64,000 nt of DNA from an uncultured Clostridia bacterium (GCA_944383915.1 CALWRJ010000010.1:3099-67098); one strand, 5' to 3'; shown: positions 18,724-28,430, counted from the stretch's first letter. Notes: generated by a model not told the origin, from the letters alone. A program made the numbers and translations.

Positions 18724-18824
18724 AAAGTATAGCCGATAGGCGAAGCGTAAAGACATTTTTAAATTACTTGCTTATTTTTGTTGATTTTTAGTGCATAATT
18801 TTATATACTAAAAAAGGAGTGTTT

Positions 18825-19397
18825 ATGGAAAATTTAGAAAATAATGAAATTACTTTGTTTGACGGAGTTTTAGACAAAGACGAAAAAGTAATTAAGGTTA
18901 TAAAACCAAACAAGTTGAAATTGTTTATCAGTTGGTTTATGTTAGCGTTTTGGATAAATGTTTGGATAGCAATTATCGGCATTTTACCAATGGCTATTGA
19001 AACGCAAGAACCGATTGGTTGGGAATATTATATGATTCCTGTAGGGATAATCGTTTTAATTTTTATATTAACAGGAATTTTTGCGCAAATTTACTATAAA
19101 AACAATTTCTATGCGTACACAAATGCTAGAATATTAATTCGTTCAGGCATTATTGGTATAGATTTTAAAAGTTTGGATATGCGTTATGTTGGGGCATTAA
19201 ATGTTAGAGTTGGTTTTTGGGATAAAGTTTTAAAACAAGAAACAGGCACTATAACATTTGGAAGTATGTCTAGCCCTATGGCATCGTCTAAACAGGTTGG
19301 GTATAATTTTGCTCATGTTGAAAAACCTTATGAGTTGTATAAAGAAATGAAGCAAATTGTAGAGGAAGTTAAAAATCAATATAAAAATATAGTTTAA
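18825..19397 (+). CDS. Membrane protein with a bacterial PH (YdbS/DUF304-like) domain
   Basis: RBS AGGAG precedes ATG 18825. Two TM helices are followed by YAYTNARILIRSG...TGTITFG. Confidence 0.5.
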   Translation: MENLENNEITLFDGVLDKDEKVIKVIKPNKLKLFISWFMLAFWINVWIAIIGILPMAIETQEPIGWEYYMIPVGIIVLIFILTGIFAQIYYKNNFYAYTNARILIRSGIIGIDFKSLDMRYVGALNVRVGFWDKVLKQETGTITFGSMSSPMASSKQVGYNFAHVEKPYELYKEMKQIVEEVKNQYKNIV

Positions 19398-19479
19398 AAG
19401 CAAGCATTTGCTTTTTTCTTTTTTAAAATAATTTGTAAAAATAAAATTTTATGGTAAAATAATAATAAAGGAGTTTAAA

Positions 19480-19740
19480 ATGATTCATTCGTTAGCGGGC
19501 GGAAAAATGCGCGATATGGATATCGTTGATTTTGCAAAAGTTGAGATTATAGAAAGCGGTGAAGTTCGCTGGTATATAACAAATATTTTAGGGTTAAAAG
19601 TAGGGGATATAGTAAAAGTCCCAACGTTTTCTAATAATTTAACAAATGCAAAAGTCTTAAAAATAGAAAAAAATGTATCCGCTCAATGTGCGCCAATTCC
19701 CATAAAGCGTGCAAAAGAAATATTTAGCAAGGTGGAATAA
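19480..19740 (+). CDS. Hypothetical protein (86 aa)
   Basis: RBS AAGGAG. Coupled to the next gene (2 nt gap). No motif recognised. Confidence 0.45.
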   Translation: MIHSLAGGKMRDMDIVDFAKVEIIESGEVRWYITNILGLKVGDIVKVPTFSNNLTNAKVLKIEKNVSAQCAPIPIKRAKEIFSKVE

Positions 19741-19742
19741 TC

Positions 19743-20186
19743 ATGATAAAAAATATCTTTATTTTAGGCGCTGTAACAGGCACTGAGTCTGCCTGGATTG
19801 ACCATTTTTTAAACCTTAAAGAAATTATTCTTGAATTTTATCCAAATTTAAATGTTACTACTCCGCTTGATATAGAAAGTTTTTGCGATATTCAAAGGAA
19901 AAAGGGGTTGGAGCAAGGACAAATTTTATTAAAAATGGCAAATTTTGACCGCGAGTGTGTTTTAAATGCTGATTTAATAATTTGTGATTGTACTCGAGCA
20001 TCTACGGGACTCGGAATCGAATTAGGTATGGCGTACGAAAACGGCAAAAGAGTAGTACCATTTGCTCATATTAATGCAGAAGTTAGTGGCTTAGTAAAAG
20101 GCTTTTTCGGTGAAATCAATCGATATAACACTTTAACAGACATAGCGAAAAGTTTAGATAAATACATTAATGTATCAAAAAATTAA
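19743..20186 (+). CDS. Nucleoside 2-deoxyribosyltransferase-like protein
   Basis: Core ADLIICDCTRASTGLGIELGMAYENGKRVV resembles the NDT/SLOG-type Rossmann motif. Confidence 0.4.
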   Translation: MIKNIFILGAVTGTESAWIDHFLNLKEIILEFYPNLNVTTPLDIESFCDIQRKKGLEQGQILLKMANFDRECVLNADLIICDCTRASTGLGIELGMAYENGKRVVPFAHINAEVSGLVKGFFGEINRYNTLTDIAKSLDKYINVSKN

Positions 20187-20322
20187 AAATCAACTTATGA
20201 AAAGTTGATTTTTTTGTTTTTATGTAAAAAAATGTTGAAAATTGTAAAAAACTGTAAAAAAATATTTTGTAAAAATTGTTTTATTTCGTATAATATTAGA
20301 AAACTCTAATGGGAATTTTATT

Positions 20323-23300
20323 ATGTTGAACAAAATATTTTATTTATCAATTTTTGCTTTAATTTTTACTTTAGGTTTGATATTGTTATCGTTTGGAACT
20401 TTAACTAAATCATATGCAAGTGAAACAATTTATATAGAAAGCGAGAGTGACTTAATAAATTTTGCTGAACGCGTAAATAGTGGAGAAGTATTTTTAAACG
20501 CTGTCCTAACAAGCGATATTACTATAACTTCTAATTTTGATTATATTGGTAAAAGAGTTATAGTTGATGGCGAAATTTTGAGCGGGTATAGTGGAGTATT
20601 CGATGGGAATTATCATACTATTAGTGGTTTAAATTTTTCTAGTGGTGGCTTAAATGGTTTATTTGGTTACACAGATGGTGCAACTATTTCAAATTTGATA
20701 GTTTCTAGTACTGTCGATATTTCGAGTATGGCTAGTACTGCATATATAGGTGGTGTAATTGCTAGTGCGGTAAATACTACTGTTAATAATTGTGCGATTT
20801 ATTTAACGGTAAGTGGTGAAAGTAATGCTAGGACTTTAATTGGTGGCGTTTTTGGTGTTGATACAAGTACGGAACGCACTCCTAATAATATTGAAAATTG
20901 TATTGTGTATTTTGAAAATTATGCATATGAAGGAAGCAAGTCGCTATATATAGATTCTGTAACTGCGCAGACTAGTCAAACTGAACCAAAAATAACAAAT
21001 TCTTTGTTTTATCAAAACTTTAATTCAATTAGTTACTCATCTACTACATCATGTTTCCATAATTTTGAAAATAAATGCTTAAATGATAGTTGTGCCTTTA
21101 TACCAACTGAAAATATGAGTTTGTGTTCGAATTGTGGACTTTATTATCTAAATTTTGATAGTAGTCACACAAATGCTGTAAAGAAAACTGAAATAACACC
21201 AACTCTTAAAACTAATGTTTACGATTATTCGCCAAATGGCATAAAATTAGAATTTAACGAAATTAATAAGACTGATTTAAATCACGATGTTTCGTTTAGT
21301 TATGAAATAGATGACATTAATACAGGTGCGCGTTCGGCAAAAGTAACTTTGATAGGGGATGATGCCGAAAAGTACACACTTACTACCGATACTGTTTATT
21401 TTACTATTTCGCCACTAAATGTTTATATTGATATTGAAAACACAACTTCAATTTATGGCGAAACTTTATCAACTCCTAAGTATACAATTTCAAATTCTAA
21501 TGTAGAAGTTTCCTTTTCGTATAAAAAGAACGGAGTGGCTACAAATTTATTTGATGTTGGTGTGTATGAAATAGTGCCTAGTGTTGCGGACAAAAATTAT
21601 TTGTTAATAAATCAAAATTCTGCCACTTATACTATTACTCCCGCTAAAATTTCACTTGTTGAAAAATCTTTTACTCATACTTTTGATAATACTACTTATA
21701 AGCCTAATTTGATATTAAATGGTGTTTTAGATAAAGATAAAAATGAAGTTAACTATCAATTTTTAGACACTTTACCTACAAATTTCGGCACTTACTCAGC
21801 AAAAATTGAATTAATAGGTGAGCGCGCATACAATTATGAATTGTTAGATAGCAACATAGAAATAAACATTTCGCCTAAGCCAATTACTGTGATTTGGAAT
21901 AAAACTAGTTTAATTTTTAACAATGATTATCAGTCCCCGCTTGCAACACTTGATACAGGTATTGCTAATTATTCTCTAAATAATGTTTCTTATAGTGGAA
22001 AGGGAAAAGATGTTGGAGAGTATACAATTTTGTGCTCTATTAGTGACAAAAACTTTATTCTTGAGAACAACTCACTTAAATATGAAATATTGCCGTTTGA
22101 GTTAAAACTAGAGTATGAAAATTTGAGTTTTACATTTGATAATAAAGAACATTTGCCAAGTTATTCCTATACACTTCCTTTTGATTATAAATTTTCAATA
22201 ACGGAGTCTGCTAAAAATAAATTTGCAGGCGACTATACGGCAACTTTTGAAAGTTTGGATAAAAACATTGAGATTTTAAATCCAAATTGTGCTTACTCTA
22301 TAATTGCCCGTGATGTTTCGGTTAATTTTACAAATACAATGGTAGAATTTGATAATACAACACAATTTCCTAATTATTCTCTTGATTGCGAAATTGATGA
22401 TTACGAAATAAAAGTAATCGAAAATGGTATTTGCATAGATGCTGATACTTACGATGTTTCGGTAACGAGCAATGACAAAAATATAAATTTAATAAATAAC
22501 AAAACTTCGTTTACAATTTTACCTTATGAAATTACATTAGATTATTTTGATACTGAAGTAGCATTTTGTAATGATTATGTTTTACCTAAATTCAATTTTA
22601 CTGCGCCTTATTTTGCTCCTAATTTACCAATAACTCTTACGTGCGCGCAAAAAGATGTAGGTCAATATGTTGCAAACGCAGTTTTATTAAATAAAAATTT
22701 TAGTATAACAAATCCTGAAATCATTTTTGTAATAATACCTTTTAAAGCAAGTGTAGTATGGACAAATACAACGCACATTTTTGATAATGAAAATTTTGCA
22801 CCAAGTGCAAGTGTTGATTTGCCATTTGAATATAATTTAGAAATAATTGTTTCAGGCTCAGCAATTAATGCGGGTAAATATTCAGCGAACGCCACTACAT
22901 CGGATAAAAATATAATTTTAGAAAATACAACTTGCAATTATGAAATTTCACCGCGAAAAGTCGAGTTATCGTGGGGTGACCTAACTTTTACTTATAGCGG
23001 TTATCCTATTGTGCCTAATTATACTTTTGATGATTTTGGTTATAATTTCTCTATAGACTTAACTACGAGTGGAATAGATGTTGGAGAACATACGGCGGTT
23101 GCAAAGTGTAATAATATTAATATAGAACTAGTTAATTCGACTGCTAAGTATAAAATTTTACCATTAGAGATAAGTGTTATTTGGGAAAACACAACTTTCA
23201 CATATGATGGTTTGTATAAAGTGCCGTCAGTAATAGTTGATACAGCAGATATTACTATAAATCCAAATTGTATACCGAGTTTATTTGTTAGCGGTGGCGC

Positions 23301-23877
23301 TACAGAAACGGGGACATTTACAGCAACCGCAAGCACTTTAAACAATAATTTTATACTTTTAAATGATACCTGCGAATTTACGATACTTCCTTGTACAATG
23401 GTTATTGAAAATGACAACAGTGATATATCCGTTATGATTTCGGGCGAAATAAACACTTCACAAGTAGAAGCTAGTTTTATCGATACCGAAGGGTTAACCG
23501 AAATGCTTCCCGAAGGTTACATTATTTACTTTGCTATTGATTTAAATTCAACAACACTAGAATTTGGTGATGTAAGTGATTTAAATGTTTCTATCTCACT
23601 TCCTATTTTATTTCAAAATTTTGATATTTTTCTTATTACAGATACTGTTACTAAAATTGATTATACTACACTAGATAGTAACCTAAATTTTGTTATGAGT
23701 GATTACGGAATAATTTGTCTAGCACTACAAAATAATACAAGTGATAATATTAATATTGCTTATGTGATTGCTGGGAGTATTTGTGGATTAATACTTTTAA
23801 TACCAATCATAGTATTGATTTGTAGAAAAATTAAAAATTCAAAGACTATTTTAATTACAATTAGAGATGGTCATTGA
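20323..23877 (+). CDS. Giant cell-surface protein: signal peptide, GLUG-type N-terminal region, about 10 tandem MBG-like modules, C-terminal TM anchor
   Basis: The N-terminal region contains FDGNYHTISGL and GGLNGLFGY (GLUG-like). Modules of about 75-80 aa each end in Y.I.P..(I/L)..; examples are YTITPAKISL, YEILPFELKL, YEISPRKVEL and YKILPLEISV. The C-terminus has a hydrophobic helix followed by CRKIKNSK. Confidence 0.7.
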   Translation: MLNKIFYLSIFALIFTLGLILLSFGTLTKSYASETIYIESESDLINFAERVNSGEVFLNAVLTSDITITSNFDYIGKRVIVDGEILSGYSGVFDGNYHTISGLNFSSGGLNGLFGYTDGATISNLIVSSTVDISSMASTAYIGGVIASAVNTTVNNCAIYLTVSGESNARTLIGGVFGVDTSTERTPNNIENCIVYFENYAYEGSKSLYIDSVTAQTSQTEPKITNSLFYQNFNSISYSSTTSCFHNFENKCLNDSCAFIPTENMSLCSNCGLYYLNFDSSHTNAVKKTEITPTLKTNVYDYSPNGIKLEFNEINKTDLNHDVSFSYEIDDINTGARSAKVTLIGDDAEKYTLTTDTVYFTISPLNVYIDIENTTSIYGETLSTPKYTISNSNVEVSFSYKKNGVATNLFDVGVYEIVPSVADKNYLLINQNSATYTITPAKISLVEKSFTHTFDNTTYKPNLILNGVLDKDKNEVNYQFLDTLPTNFGTYSAKIELIGERAYNYELLDSNIEINISPKPITVIWNKTSLIFNNDYQSPLATLDTGIANYSLNNVSYSGKGKDVGEYTILCSISDKNFILENNSLKYEILPFELKLEYENLSFTFDNKEHLPSYSYTLPFDYKFSITESAKNKFAGDYTATFESLDKNIEILNPNCAYSIIARDVSVNFTNTMVEFDNTTQFPNYSLDCEIDDYEIKVIENGICIDADTYDVSVTSNDKNINLINNKTSFTILPYEITLDYFDTEVAFCNDYVLPKFNFTAPYFAPNLPITLTCAQKDVGQYVANAVLLNKNFSITNPEIIFVIIPFKASVVWTNTTHIFDNENFAPSASVDLPFEYNLEIIVSGSAINAGKYSANATTSDKNIILENTTCNYEISPRKVELSWGDLTFTYSGYPIVPNYTFDDFGYNFSIDLTTSGIDVGEHTAVAKCNNINIELVNSTAKYKILPLEISVIWENTTFTYDGLYKVPSVIVDTADITINPNCIPSLFVSGGATETGTFTATASTLNNNFILLNDTCEFTILPCTMVIENDNSDISVMISGEINTSQVEASFIDTEGLTEMLPEGYIIYFAIDLNSTTLEFGDVSDLNVSISLPILFQNFDIFLITDTVTKIDYTTLDSNLNFVMSDYGIICLALQNNTSDNINIAYVIAGSICGLILLIPIIVLICRKIKNSKTILITIRDGH

Positions 23878-23968
23878 TTTTATCGCGAAATTTAAGTAAA
23901 ATTTGTCAAAAAGATTGTATTTTATATAATATTATTATATAATAATTAAAAAGGAGGTCGGCTTTGAT

Positions 23969-24550
23969 ATGATGGTTATGGTCTATGTTTGGCTTGCTGT
24001 AGTGTGTGTGAGTGCGTTAGTTGAGGCATTTACCTTACAAATGGCTGGTATTTGGTTCGTTGTAGGTGGGCTAGTTGCTCTTATAATGGCGGCATGTGAT
24101 GTAGCTCTTGAATGGCAAATTATTGCATTTATTGTAATATCGCTCATCCTTTTACTTGCACTTCGCAGACTTTGTCTTAAGTTTTTGCTTAAAAAAGATA
24201 CAACTAGGACAAATATCGATGTGCTTATTGGAAGTGAAGTAAAATTACTTAATCCGCTTAATGTTGATACGCCAGGGGCTGTAAAGTTTGGTGATGTAAT
24301 TTGGACAGCAGTTGCAAAATCGTCTAGCGTTAATTTGCCAGAAGGCGCACTTGTACGCGTGCTAGAAGTGTCTGGCAATAAATTAATTGTTGAACCTGTT
24401 GAACGCGAAATTAAGGACGAGGAAAGTGAAGTGCAAAATGAGAGCATCGAAACTCAAGAAACAACGGGTGATACTCTAAATACAGCGAAAAATCAGCAAG
24501 AAAAACCTAAAAAACAAGGTAGGAAAAAGAGCGAAAAGAAATCGCAATAA
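23969..24550 (+). CDS. NfeD-family membrane protein
   Basis: Three TM helices, then a C-terminal OB-like segment (GAVKFGDVIWTAV...LVRVLEVSGNKLIVEPV). It lies directly upstream of an SPFH gene. Confidence 0.7.
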   Translation: MMVMVYVWLAVVCVSALVEAFTLQMAGIWFVVGGLVALIMAACDVALEWQIIAFIVISLILLLALRRLCLKFLLKKDTTRTNIDVLIGSEVKLLNPLNVDTPGAVKFGDVIWTAVAKSSSVNLPEGALVRVLEVSGNKLIVEPVEREIKDEESEVQNESIETQETTGDTLNTAKNQQEKPKKQGRKKSEKKSQ

Positions 24551-24578
24551 GGTAAAGTTTAATTAAGGAGTTAAAAAT

Positions 24579-25523
24579 ATGTCAGTTGCTGCAATTATTG
24601 TTATCGTAGTTTTGGCAGTTGTAGCTTTTTTAATCTTGGGATTCAGTATCAAGATTGTTAGGCAATCAACAGCACTAGTTATAGAGCGTTTGGGGAAATT
24701 TCACCGAGTGCTTGATACAGGTATACATTTTATAGTGCCATTTTTTGATAGAAAGGCAGGGGGCGAAATAAATCTTAAAGAACAAGTTCAAGATTTTAAA
24801 CCACAGCCCGTTATTACAAAAGATAATGTAACAATGCAAATTGATACAGTCGTTTATTTCCAAATTACAGACCCAAAGGCATACACTTATGGTGTAGACC
24901 GCCCTATTTCCGCAATCGAAAATTTAACTGCAACGACTTTGCGTAATATCGTTGGTGAATTAGAACTTGACGGTACTCTTACTTCAAGAGACACAATAAA
25001 TACAAAAATGCGTTCGGTATTGGACGAAGCCACTGACCCGTGGGGAATAAAAATAAATCGTGTAGAATTAAAAAATATTTTACCGCCAAAAGATATCCAG
25101 CAGGCAATGGAAAAGCAGATGCGCGCCGAGCGTGAACGCCGTGAAGCAATTTTAATTGCTGAAGGTGAAAAACGCAGTACTATATTAGTAGCAGAAGGTG
25201 AGAAAGAAGCTGAAGTTTTGCGTGCGGAAGCAAAGAGATTAGCATTAATAAAAGAAGCAGAAGGTACTGCTGATGCGATTAAGTTGATAGTTAATGCGCA
25301 CCCTGACCAAGCATATCTAACACTAAAAGGATATGAAGCCCTTGCAAAAGTTGCTGACGGCGAAAGTACTAAATTAATTGTTCCTACAGAACTTGCAAAT
25401 ATTACAAGTTTGCTTGCAAGTATGAAAGAGGCAGTTACTTTAAAAGACCCAGCAAAAAAGCCAGAAATTAAGAAACAAGATGAAAAAGTGGCGCAAAATG
25501 TAAATGAAAAGCCTAAAAAATAG
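24579..25523 (+). CDS. SPFH/band-7 (stomatin/QmcA-like) protein
   Basis: N-terminal TM helix, VIERLGKF, ITKDNV..IDTVVYFQI, and an Ala/Glu-rich coiled coil. Confidence 0.85.
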   Translation: MSVAAIIVIVVLAVVAFLILGFSIKIVRQSTALVIERLGKFHRVLDTGIHFIVPFFDRKAGGEINLKEQVQDFKPQPVITKDNVTMQIDTVVYFQITDPKAYTYGVDRPISAIENLTATTLRNIVGELELDGTLTSRDTINTKMRSVLDEATDPWGIKINRVELKNILPPKDIQQAMEKQMRAERERREAILIAEGEKRSTILVAEGEKEAEVLRAEAKRLALIKEAEGTADAIKLIVNAHPDQAYLTLKGYEALAKVADGESTKLIVPTELANITSLLASMKEAVTLKDPAKKPEIKKQDEKVAQNVNEKPKK

Positions 25524-25731
25524 AATTAGATGCTAACAAAAAATTTTTATAATAATTTAAAAATAATATTTTGTGAAAAATGTATAATTAAGAATTATTT
25601 AATTGTGCATTTTTCTTTTTTAATATAGTAATAAAACTTTATTTGCTTATAAGTCTTTATAAAAAAGTAATTATATTAAAAATATATGTAAATTTATTTG
25701 CGGTTTGCTTATTTTTATGATATATTCTTAT

Positions 25732-25746
25732 TGAAAATGATTTTCA
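25732..25746. promoter_or_regulatory. Fur-family (PerR-type) 7-1-7 operator candidate upstream of the peroxiredoxin gene
   Basis: Perfect palindrome TGAAAAT-G-ATTTTCA, 36 nt upstream of ATG 25782. It differs from the TGATAATnATTATCA architecture at one position per half-site. Confidence 0.55.
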
Positions 25747-25781
25747 TTAAGGAAACATTTAAAAATTTTAAGGAGAATATA

Positions 25782-26468
25782 ATGGAAAATACAAACAATG
25801 AAATCAACAGAATGCCACTTATTGGAGATAAAGCGCCAAGTTTTGTGGCTAATACAACTCAAGGGGAGATAAACTTTCCTGCTGACTACAAAGGTAAGTG
25901 GGTAATTTTATTTTCGCATCCTGCGGATTTTACTCCTGTGTGCACAACCGAATTTATGACTTTTGGTGCTATGATGGAGGAGTTTAAAGCAATGAATACT
26001 GAACTTGTAGGACTTTCAGTTGATTCAATCTATTCGCACATAGCGTGGTTAAGAAAGATTCAAGAACTCGAATGGAACGGCAAAAAGAACATAGAAGTTA
26101 AATTTCCGCTTATTGAGGATATAAGAATGGAAGTTGCAAACAAGTATGGTATGATTCAGCCAAACTCATCAAACACGCAGGCTGTAAGAGCAGTGTTTAT
26201 TATTGACCCAAATGGAATTATTCGTACAATTCTTTATTATCCCATTTCTACAGGGCGCAATTTTGATGAAATTAAAAGAATTATTCTTGCATTGCAAAAA
26301 GCGGATAAAGATAACATTGCCACACCGGCAGATTGGCGTCCAGGTGACGATGTAATAGTTCCAACTGCTGGTTCTTGTGGTACAGCAAAGGAAAGGGTGG
26401 AAAATCAAACAGAAGATCAATATTGCCTTGACTGGTTTATGTGTTTTAAACGCGAAAATAAAGGTTAA
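25782..26468 (+). CDS. Peroxiredoxin (thiol peroxidase, AhpC/Prx family)
   Basis: Start reassigned to ATG 25782 with RBS AGGAG at 25771-25775. Peroxidatic motif DFTPVCTTE. Confidence 0.85.
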   Translation: MENTNNEINRMPLIGDKAPSFVANTTQGEINFPADYKGKWVILFSHPADFTPVCTTEFMTFGAMMEEFKAMNTELVGLSVDSIYSHIAWLRKIQELEWNGKKNIEVKFPLIEDIRMEVANKYGMIQPNSSNTQAVRAVFIIDPNGIIRTILYYPISTGRNFDEIKRIILALQKADKDNIATPADWRPGDDVIVPTAGSCGTAKERVENQTEDQYCLDWFMCFKRENKG

Positions 26469-26480
26469 AATTAACTAAAA

Positions 26481-26879
26481 ATGGTTACGCGACAAACAAG
26501 GCAAAAGGAATTTGTTCTTGATAATCTAAAACAGAGATTTGACCATCCAACTGCTTTGCAAATTTTTAATGATGCACAAAAGCAGGGTGTAAAAATTGGT
26601 GAAGTCAGTATTTATAGAATTTTAAATAATCTTGTAAAAGAAGGTAGTGCGTGCAAGATTGTTACAAAAGACAACGTAGCGCATTTTGATTTTACAAGAG
26701 AGGACCACATTCATTTGGTATGCAATAGTTGCAATCGAATTTTTGATAGGTATATTGGTGATAACGAGAAATTAGCTGACCTTATTAAAGATTTTCATAT
26801 TGCAAAGCAGGATATTGTCCTATATGGCATCTGCAATGAGTGTGCAAAAAGTGAAAATTATAAAAAGAGTAATTTTTAG
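26481..26879 (+). CDS. perR: Fur-family regulator, probably PerR
   Basis: Wing-helix N-terminus, HxH region (REDHIHLVC), and two CxxC pairs (CNSC, CNEC). Located directly downstream of the peroxiredoxin gene. Confidence 0.7.
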   Translation: MVTRQTRQKEFVLDNLKQRFDHPTALQIFNDAQKQGVKIGEVSIYRILNNLVKEGSACKIVTKDNVAHFDFTREDHIHLVCNSCNRIFDRYIGDNEKLADLIKDFHIAKQDIVLYGICNECAKSENYKKSNF

Positions 26880-26977
26880 TTAATTAACGACCAAAATAAA
26901 AGAATGATGCAGTTTTTTTCATCACTCTTTTTGTTTTGATTTAAAATTTTCTAAAATTATGTTTTTTAGGAGTTGTT

Positions 26978-27376
26978 ATGAGAGTTTATTTAGGCGGGAC
27001 TTGTAATGGTTCGAATTGGCGAAAAGTATTGCAAAGTTTACTTAATAAAAATATAGAAACCATTGATCCAACTATACCAAATTGGACTACGGAAGTTGAG
27101 AAACAAAATGATAAAAAATTTTCGGCGGATTTTTGTGTTTATGTCATTACACCAGAGTTAAATGGTTTTTTGTCAATAGCGAATGCCGTAGATATGAGTA
27201 ATAAATATCCTAACAAAACTATATTTTGCTATTTAGATAAATTTGGTGGCAAAACTTTTAACGAGCATCAAATAAACAGTTTGCAAGCCATTTGTGATAT
27301 TATAAAAAAGAATGGCGCAAAAGTATTTTCATCTTTAGAAAAAATTGCAGAATTTTTAAATAGCGTTAATCTTTAA
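26978..27376 (+). CDS. Hypothetical protein, possibly of the nucleoside deoxyribosyltransferase-like family
   Basis: The N-terminal MRVYLGGTCNGSNWR pattern resembles Nuc_deoxyri_tr2-type proteins. This is weak evidence. Confidence 0.3.
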   Translation: MRVYLGGTCNGSNWRKVLQSLLNKNIETIDPTIPNWTTEVEKQNDKKFSADFCVYVITPELNGFLSIANAVDMSNKYPNKTIFCYLDKFGGKTFNEHQINSLQAICDIIKKNGAKVFSSLEKIAEFLNSVNL

Positions 27377-28430
27377 AAAATTGTTCATTAAATAAAACTG
27401 CTGGAGAATTTGGCTCAAAAGATTTTGCTAATTCGTGATAGTGTTTGGCTTCTTGCATTTCACCTAAATAATAACAGCAGACACTAAGTTCGATAGCGGG
27501 TGTTATAGTTGAATATCTCTTTTCTATCCAACCTGAGTCACTATCCTGCGTATTTAATGCGGTATAGTACCAAAATTTCGCCACTTTGTATGCTTTTTCT
27601 GCTTTAAATAATTCTCCAATCATACACGCGATTTTACTTCGAGGCGTATCAAAAGAAAGCGAGCGCAGTAGCGATAGTTTTGCGTTATTAACATCATTTA
27701 ACGCTAAATAGTTCCTAGATAAAATAAAACATGCGTCAATTTTATTTTCAAGCCAAGCATCTTTATTAACCAAAAATTGATTAAGTATTTTTATAGATTT
27801 TTTGTAATAACCATTGTAATATAATTCGCGACCATAATAATACAATGCTCGCGCGGAAAATAAATATTTATCTTTTTCAAGTTTGCGATAAATTTTTAAG
27901 TTGCGTCCAGCAGGTGTTGGATGCACTTTTTTATGATAAATTTTGATATCCTCGCGCACTATTTCCCCAAAAGGAGCAATACATTCGTGCACTGGCTCAG
28001 CCCAATGTAAACCTACACCATTTTTTATAATGCGCTCACGGTAATAATAAAAAATAGGTGCGCAATTTTTATCCGTTGTTGCAACATATGGACACATAAT
28101 AACATTAGGGCTAAAATTTTCATTAAGGCGATTTTTTAGTTCTAAAAATTTGGTTTGCTCGCTTTCGGGAATAACATCATCGGCATCGAGCCACATAATA
28201 TAATCGCCACTTGCTTTTTCGAATGAAAAATTGCGTGCTTTGGAAAAATCATCGCACCATTCAAAATCAAAAATTTTGTCTGTAAATTCTTGCGCGATTG
28301 CTTTTGTGTCGTCAGTACTTCCTGTATCGACAATTATTATTTCATCGGCAAACGATTTAAGGCAGTTTAGGGCTCGAGCAAGGCAATCGTGCTCATTTTT
28401 AACTATCATACAAATACTTAACTTTATCAT
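27366..28430 (-). CDS. Family-2 glycosyltransferase fused to TPR repeats
   Basis: ICMIVKNE, VDTGSTDDT and the DxD motif WLDADD. The C-terminal half has Tyr/Ala-rich TPR-like repeats. Confidence 0.75.
   Translation of the reverse strand: MIKLSICMIVKNEHDCLARALNCLKSFADEIIIVDTGSTDDTKAIAQEFTDKIFDFEWCDDFSKARNFSFEKASGDYIMWLDADDVIPESEQTKFLELKNRLNENFSPNVIMCPYVATTDKNCAPIFYYYRERIIKNGVGLHWAEPVHECIAPFGEIVREDIKIYHKKVHPTPAGRNLKIYRKLEKDKYLFSARALYYYGRELYYNGYYKKSIKILNQFLVNKDAWLENKIDACFILSRNYLALNDVNNAKLSLLRSLSFDTPRSKIACMIGELFKAEKAYKVAKFWYYTALNTQDSDSGWIEKRYSTITPAIELSVCCYYLGEMQEAKHYHELAKSFEPNSPAVLFNEQFFKD

Noticed and set aside
22662-24447. Antisense ORFs inside the surface-protein and nfeD genes (22662..22937, 23040..23456, 23983..24447), with similar ones inside htrA, polA, cas9 and the helicase gene
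   Set aside because: They have no RBS, lie opposite well-supported long genes, and give low-complexity translations typical of shadow ORFs.
25581-25598. Extended -10-like TGTATAAT overlapping the palindrome ATAATT-AAG-AATTAT, 190 bp upstream of the peroxiredoxin gene
   Set aside because: It is far from any start codon, low-complexity AT sequence makes such palindromes common, and the 7-1-7 box at 25732 is the better operator candidate.
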